This document shows, piece by piece, positions 59,879 through 64,000 of a DNA stretch of 64,000 nucleotides; within the stretch, counting starts at the first letter, position 1; each line of letters starts with the position of its first letter. The DNA lies in contig JAKSHZ010000005.1 of the NCBI GenBank assembly GCA_024399115.1, positions 1,853 to 65,852 on the forward strand, in the 5' to 3' direction. Source of the DNA: Bacilli bacterium. GTDB taxonomy: Bacteria > Bacillota_I > Bacilli_A > RFN20 > CAG-826. The notes under the pieces are model-generated. The model had not been told where the DNA came from. It was given only the letters and a program-made list of their open reading frames with translations, and ran no database searches. The position numbers were made by a program, and so were the translations under genes.

Positions 59879-60445
59879 TTAAAAATTGTTGTTGTTATTG
59901 TTTGCTTTTATTTCAGCACCGTATTTAAAGATAACTGAGATAAGTAATAATGCTATTGGATCAAATAAAGATATACTCCAATCGAAATCAGCAGTTGCAT
60001 CTCCATTTCCGAAAGCAACGATAGCAAAAGCTATAGCAGCAATAATTCCAGAAACAATTGAAACGATGATTGATCTAATTGCTGTTTTCATTAATAAGTC
60101 TGCACCATCAAAAGTAAAAGGTTGACCATCATTAATTTCTTTATCTAAATAAATAGCGTGTAGCTTGCAATTGATTGCCCCGCCTACACAAAGAATAGAT
60201 CCAAATAAACAATTTGCAGCAAGAACCACTTTATTCATTCCTGTTTCTTCTAAGATAATGACTTCGATTGTTTTGCTATCAACTGTAATATCGAAGAAAG
60301 TTGAAACACCAGCGTTTGCTAATAATGCAAAAACACCGCTAGCTAAACTTAATACGCCTCCAACGATACAGCATACAAAACCAATCTTCACAATAACGCG
60401 AAGAACTTTCATTACTGTTTGAATAATTTTTAAACTTCTAGACAT
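59879..60445 (-). CDS. hypothetical membrane protein (4-5 TM, Asn6 C-terminal tail)
   Basis: 188 aa, downstream of the Fe-ADH in the same orientation. Confidence 0.45.
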   Translation of the reverse strand: MSRSLKIIQTVMKVLRVIVKIGFVCCIVGGVLSLASGVFALLANAGVSTFFDITVDSKTIEVIILEETGMNKVVLAANCLFGSILCVGGAINCKLHAIYLDKEINDGQPFTFDGADLLMKTAIRSIIVSIVSGIIAAIAFAIVAFGNGDATADFDWSISLFDPIALLLISVIFKYGAEIKANNNNNNF

Positions 60446-60462
60446 TTTTCTACCTCTAAAGA

Positions 60463-61665
60463 TTAATTTCCTTTAAGCTCAAATAACATATCACATACGT
60501 CTTTCTTTTTCCATACTTGTGGGCAAGGATAGACTGGATTTGCTTCTTTAATAACCCATCTAGAAATCATATTGAAGTCTTCCTCATTAATTTGAGGGAA
60601 ACTACTTCCAATTCCCATTTGTTTATTTACTTCTTCAATCCAAGTGATGAAGTTATTTGCTTTTTCTGAATCGGTGTTACCAGACATACCACAAATTGTA
60701 GCCAATTTAGCAAGTCTTTGTTCAGCGCTCTTTCCATACTTTCTCATAACGTGAGGTAAGATAACCGCCATAGCTTCACCATGGCTAATATGATATTGTC
60801 CACCTAATGAGTGTCCAATAGCATGAACATAACCTACACCAGCACGTGAAATAGCGCGACCAGCATACATAGCAGCGAGTTGCATATTCTTTCTTACTTC
60901 TAAATCACTACCATCTGAGTAAGCCTTATAAATGTTTTCATAAATTAACTTAACAGCTTGTTCACAAAGTCTATTTTCTTTCTTTGTGTTGTACTTTTTA
61001 TTTGTGTAACCTTCTACTGCATGAGTAAGAGCATCCATACCAGTTGTTGCTGTCATAAATGGAGGCAAATCTCTTGTTAATGTAGGATCAAGAATTGCTC
61101 TATTAGGCATTAAGAATGGGTCTGCCATTGGCATCTTACGACCATTCTTTTCATCGGTAATAACCGCTGCAATTGTAGCTTCACTTCCTGTACCTGATGT
61201 AGTTGGAACAGCATAGAACATAGGAATTCTTTTTCTTATAGAAAGTATGCTAAGGAACTTACGAACATCTTTCTTAGGTTTAGCAACTTTTGCACCAATG
61301 ATTTTTGCAGCGTCCATTGGAGATCCGCCACCTAAAGCAACGATGCAATCGCATTTCTCAATTTTATAAACCTCATAACCATTTAAAACGTTATCACAAG
61401 TTGGATTTGGGAAAACATCTGAGAATACAGCAGAAGATAATCCTAAAGATTCGAGTTTCTCAACTAAAGGCTTATGAGCACCTTTATTAAAGTGATATTT
61501 ACCAGTTACGATGAGTGGCTTTTTATAGCCATCTTTTTTAATAATTTCTGGCAATTCTAAAAAGCATCCTTCGCCTTCAGTGATGATTGGATCTTTATAA
61601 AAGACCATGTAGTAAAAGATTTTAACAAAGAATTGACTTACCCTACAAAGGAATTTACTTTCCAT
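60463..61665 (-). CDS. iron-containing (group III) alcohol dehydrogenase
   Basis: GGGSPMDAAK motif and His-rich metal site (HAIGHSLGGQYHISHG). GGAG SD before the ATG at 61665. The alternative start is 61608. Confidence 0.85.
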   Translation of the reverse strand: MESKFLCRVSQFFVKIFYYMVFYKDPIITEGEGCFLELPEIIKKDGYKKPLIVTGKYHFNKGAHKPLVEKLESLGLSSAVFSDVFPNPTCDNVLNGYEVYKIEKCDCIVALGGGSPMDAAKIIGAKVAKPKKDVRKFLSILSIRKRIPMFYAVPTTSGTGSEATIAAVITDEKNGRKMPMADPFLMPNRAILDPTLTRDLPPFMTATTGMDALTHAVEGYTNKKYNTKKENRLCEQAVKLIYENIYKAYSDGSDLEVRKNMQLAAMYAGRAISRAGVGYVHAIGHSLGGQYHISHGEAMAVILPHVMRKYGKSAEQRLAKLATICGMSGNTDSEKANNFITWIEEVNKQMGIGSSFPQINEEDFNMISRWVIKEANPVYPCPQVWKKKDVCDMLFELKGN

Positions 61666-61666
61666 A

Positions 61667-62833
61667 TTAATACTCCAATCTTAAGTCACTTAAAGTGCCT
61701 AAATATTTCTTTAATTCTTCATAGCAAACATCAAATCTGCTATGATTCATTCCTTCCGCACCAATTGTCCAATAAAGCATATGAATGAATGTTAAACACA
61801 TCATCTTATCTAAGTTAGCTTTATATTGCTCGTCACTTAAATTAGAGAAATATAAACGAGTTGTATCGTAATAAATCTTTGCACAAGTTTCAGCACTTAG
61901 TTTTAAGAAATTCATTGTGTTGCCTTTTTCTGTTTTCTCAAATGCGATATATGTAGCACCAATAGCAGCCATCTCAAAAATAGGATCGCCATAAGATAAT
62001 GTATCCATATCGATTAAAGCCGGTTCGTCTTTTTCGACCATAATGTTTTTAATATGGCAATCACCATGTACTAATGTATTTCTATCTGGAATACTTGCTA
62101 ATAATTCATTGATTTTCGCAAAATCCTCTTTACTAACATATGGTTCGAAACGTTTAACAAATTCAAACTCTAATTCTTTCGCACTAGGGATCTTAAAATC
62201 ACCTTTTTCGGTTGTTCCAAGCTTCTTTAACAAATTAGCGTACATTATAATGTATTCGTCTAATTTGTCTGGATTTTTAAGGATGCAATCTCTTAAGGAA
62301 AGACAGTCTAGCATTTCAAAGACAACACCATATCTTTCTCCTACCTTAACAACATCAAATGAAATAGATGTAGGAACTCCTAAAATAAACGCTTGTTTAC
62401 AAAGGTTAAGTTCTCTTTGAATATCGTTTAAATCAGTTGTGTTTGTAATAACTTTAATGATTGTATCTTTGTTAAGTCTATAGACTTTTGAGCAGAATCC
62501 ATCACCAATTAATTCTGCGCCTTCAATTGAAACTTCTCTCATCTCTTTTTCAATTTTGATGATTGAAGAAAAACCTGTCATTTCAAATACATCGTATACT
62601 TCAACAGATACATTAATGACTTTAAACTCGCTATATGTCTTAGCTAATCTTAAAACCACTCTGAGACCAGCGCTTGAAATATACTTAGTAGCTTCGAAGT
62701 CTAAAGCTAATGAATCAAATTGATTTGCAGCGATAATTTTATCGACTTCATTAGAAAACTCTTCTGCGTTTGAGCTATCCACTCTTTCTCCGCAGATGAT
62801 TGTTAAACACTCTTCATTAAGCTTAAAGTCCAT
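61667..62833 (-). CDS. STAS-domain plus APH/choline-kinase-like protein kinase fusion
   Basis: N-terminal roughly 100 aa resemble an anti-sigma antagonist STAS (SSAGLRVVLRL). The rest is a kinase fold: Gly-rich loop GDGFCSKVY, catalytic HGDCHIKN, and DMDTLSYGDP. Its TAA lies 1 nt before the Fe-ADH ATG. Confidence 0.65.
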   Translation of the reverse strand: MDFKLNEECLTIICGERVDSSNAEEFSNEVDKIIAANQFDSLALDFEATKYISSAGLRVVLRLAKTYSEFKVINVSVEVYDVFEMTGFSSIIKIEKEMREVSIEGAELIGDGFCSKVYRLNKDTIIKVITNTTDLNDIQRELNLCKQAFILGVPTSISFDVVKVGERYGVVFEMLDCLSLRDCILKNPDKLDEYIIMYANLLKKLGTTEKGDFKIPSAKELEFEFVKRFEPYVSKEDFAKINELLASIPDRNTLVHGDCHIKNIMVEKDEPALIDMDTLSYGDPIFEMAAIGATYIAFEKTEKGNTMNFLKLSAETCAKIYYDTTRLYFSNLSDEQYKANLDKMMCLTFIHMLYWTIGAEGMNHSRFDVCYEELKKYLGTLSDLRLEY

Positions 62834-62844
62834 AATTTTCTCCT

Positions 62845-63522
62845 TTATTTTTCCAATTCATGATGATGTATTTCGTTATTGTCTGTAGGTACTAAAAATC
62901 TACCACTAATCCAATAACATAAGACTGAAATTCCAATCGCATATAACTTGCCGATGTAAGAACCTAATAGCATTCCAATAAATGAGGCTGAGTTTCCATT
63001 AATGATCAAAACTCCACCATAATAAATAGTCGAATTTATAACCCCACCAATCAATATAGCTAAGAATATACGAAGATATACGCTCATATTCTTAGAATGT
63101 TCCAAGAAATAGAACATAATCCAAATGCCCAATAATGACCCTAATGCGCTACTCAAATAGTTAGCAAAATTCAGCATCAAGTCTGCTGAATATCCAAAGG
63201 AAATAATCTTAGCTAAGAATTCAAAAACGGCTGATAAAACGATCGCAACAATAGAAGCAATTGCCATGTTTTTAGCTTCTTTTAATGAGTAATGTAAATA
63301 CTTAACAATAATTGTATAAATAAAGAGCGTATAGAGGATTGAATCGAATGCAAAAATAAATGGTCCACAACTAACTGGAGTATTTAATGCATGAAAGAAA
63401 TTAGAGCTACATGCAGCACCAATTGAAAAAGCAATAAGAACGAAACTATCGAACCATTTTCTTAAGATGATGAGTGTTAAAAATACACCTAAACCTGCTA
63501 AAGCTAAAAAGAATACATTCAT
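62845..63522 (-). CDS. hypothetical polytopic membrane protein (possibly VUT/YhhQ-like)
   Basis: 225 aa, 6-7 TM helices. Family assignment uncertain. Confidence 0.45.
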   Translation of the reverse strand: MNVFFLALAGLGVFLTLIILRKWFDSFVLIAFSIGAACSSNFFHALNTPVSCGPFIFAFDSILYTLFIYTIIVKYLHYSLKEAKNMAIASIVAIVLSAVFEFLAKIISFGYSADLMLNFANYLSSALGSLLGIWIMFYFLEHSKNMSVYLRIFLAILIGGVINSTIYYGGVLIINGNSASFIGMLLGSYIGKLYAIGISVLCYWISGRFLVPTDNNEIHHHELEK

Positions 63523-63584
63523 AATTTTATTATGCTACATTTTGCGGGTGAAAAAAATAATTATTAAATTAATTTTTTCAGTTA

Positions 63585-63612
63585 GAATTTTAAGCGAAAG
63601 AAAAGAGCCTAT
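63585..63612 (-). terminator. terminator after the upstream minus-strand gene
   Basis: GCCTA-gaaa-TAGGC followed by TCTTTTCTTT on the minus strand. Confidence 0.4.
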
Positions 63613-63640
63613 TTCTAGGCCCTTATTAATCTTTAAAAGA

Positions 63641-64000
63641 TTAATCGATTTCCCCTTTTCTATATGCTCTCTTAAATTTTCTCTTAGCGATAGAATAAAT
63701 TCCTGAGTATAAGAAGTTAACGATGAGTAATGCTGCAGGAATTGTAGCAGAGAACATCATACTAATTGAAAGTCCTTGTGGGATCATCTTAACAATTTCA
63801 CCAACAAATGGAACACTTTGAACTGGTGTTAAATCGACTTTTGAAATTAAGATAAAGATGAGTGAAATTAAACCTAAAAGTAATTGGACAAATCCTAAAA
63901 GGATACCGAATAATTCTTTTCTGATATATGGTTTCTTTGCAAACAAAGAGAAGATACATTGTAAGACTTTGATTGCCCAAACAAACATAAATGCAACAAC
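63641..64000 (-). CDS. hypothetical small membrane protein, probably 5'-partial (ORF stays open to the window end)
   Basis: 2-3 TM helices. The reading frame continues upstream of the track's ATG at 63988 without a stop. Confidence 0.4.
   Translation of the reverse strand, partial: VVAFMFVWAIKVLQCIFSLFAKKPYIRKELFGILLGFVQLLLGLISLIFILISKVDLTPVQSVPFVGEIVKMIPQGLSISMMFSATIPAALLIVNFLYSGIYSIAKRKFKRAYRKGEID

Noticed and set aside
63523-63640. preQ1 riboswitch upstream of the putative VUT/YhhQ-like membrane protein
   Set aside because: No preQ1-I or preQ1-II hairpin/pseudoknot could be folded. The region holds only a terminator for the upstream gene and an AT-rich promoter-like stretch. The family assignment of the protein is itself weak.

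Overview
This is a 64 kb AT-rich (roughly one-third GC by eye), very gene-dense chromosomal segment from a low-GC Gram-positive (Firmicutes; Bacilli- or Erysipelotrichia-like) genome. I support about 65 CDS and 2 tRNAs, mostly on the minus strand and mostly housekeeping. The main blocks are: nifS-ezrA; rpsD with a structured leader; a long, translationally coupled string glgC-glgD-glgA-leuS-coaX-pepV-trmB-orf166-pncB (short form); rpmB; a B. subtilis 'ylo'-like block gmk / orf163 / rsmB-like / rlmN / prpC / prkC / rsgA / rpe; rqcH; trmL plus a complete F1Fo ATP synthase operon (atpIBEFHAGDC); pncA; a udk-fusion kinase; an EamA transporter; compact addB-addA plus a coupled unknown gene; glpK-pepP-mrp-yigZ; CPBP protease / TraX-like / thioredoxin; an M28 peptidase; tRNA-Gly(UCC); HAD hydrolase and rdgB; a T-box leader plus tyrS; PHP phosphatase plus HI0933 flavoprotein; a divergent XRE regulator pair; permease-malQ-nudix; a DUF697-like membrane protein convergent with a non-canonical Fic protein next to tRNA-Ala(GGC); and an Fe-ADH plus STAS-kinase fusion with flanking membrane proteins. 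I found no CRISPR array, transposase, integrase or obvious prophage. The ORF caller uses TTG/GTG starts, so several start coordinates were re-picked on ATG plus Shine-Dalgarno evidence. Candidates for novelty, all inferences from sequence alone: an intact but catalytically degenerate RsmB paralog; a PASTA-less PrkC; an unknown 376-aa gene coupled to addA; a non-canonical Fic mini-locus at a tRNA 3' end; a STAS-APH kinase / Fe-ADH operon; an XRE pair with palindromic operators; and a 37-aa SD-preceded small ORF.
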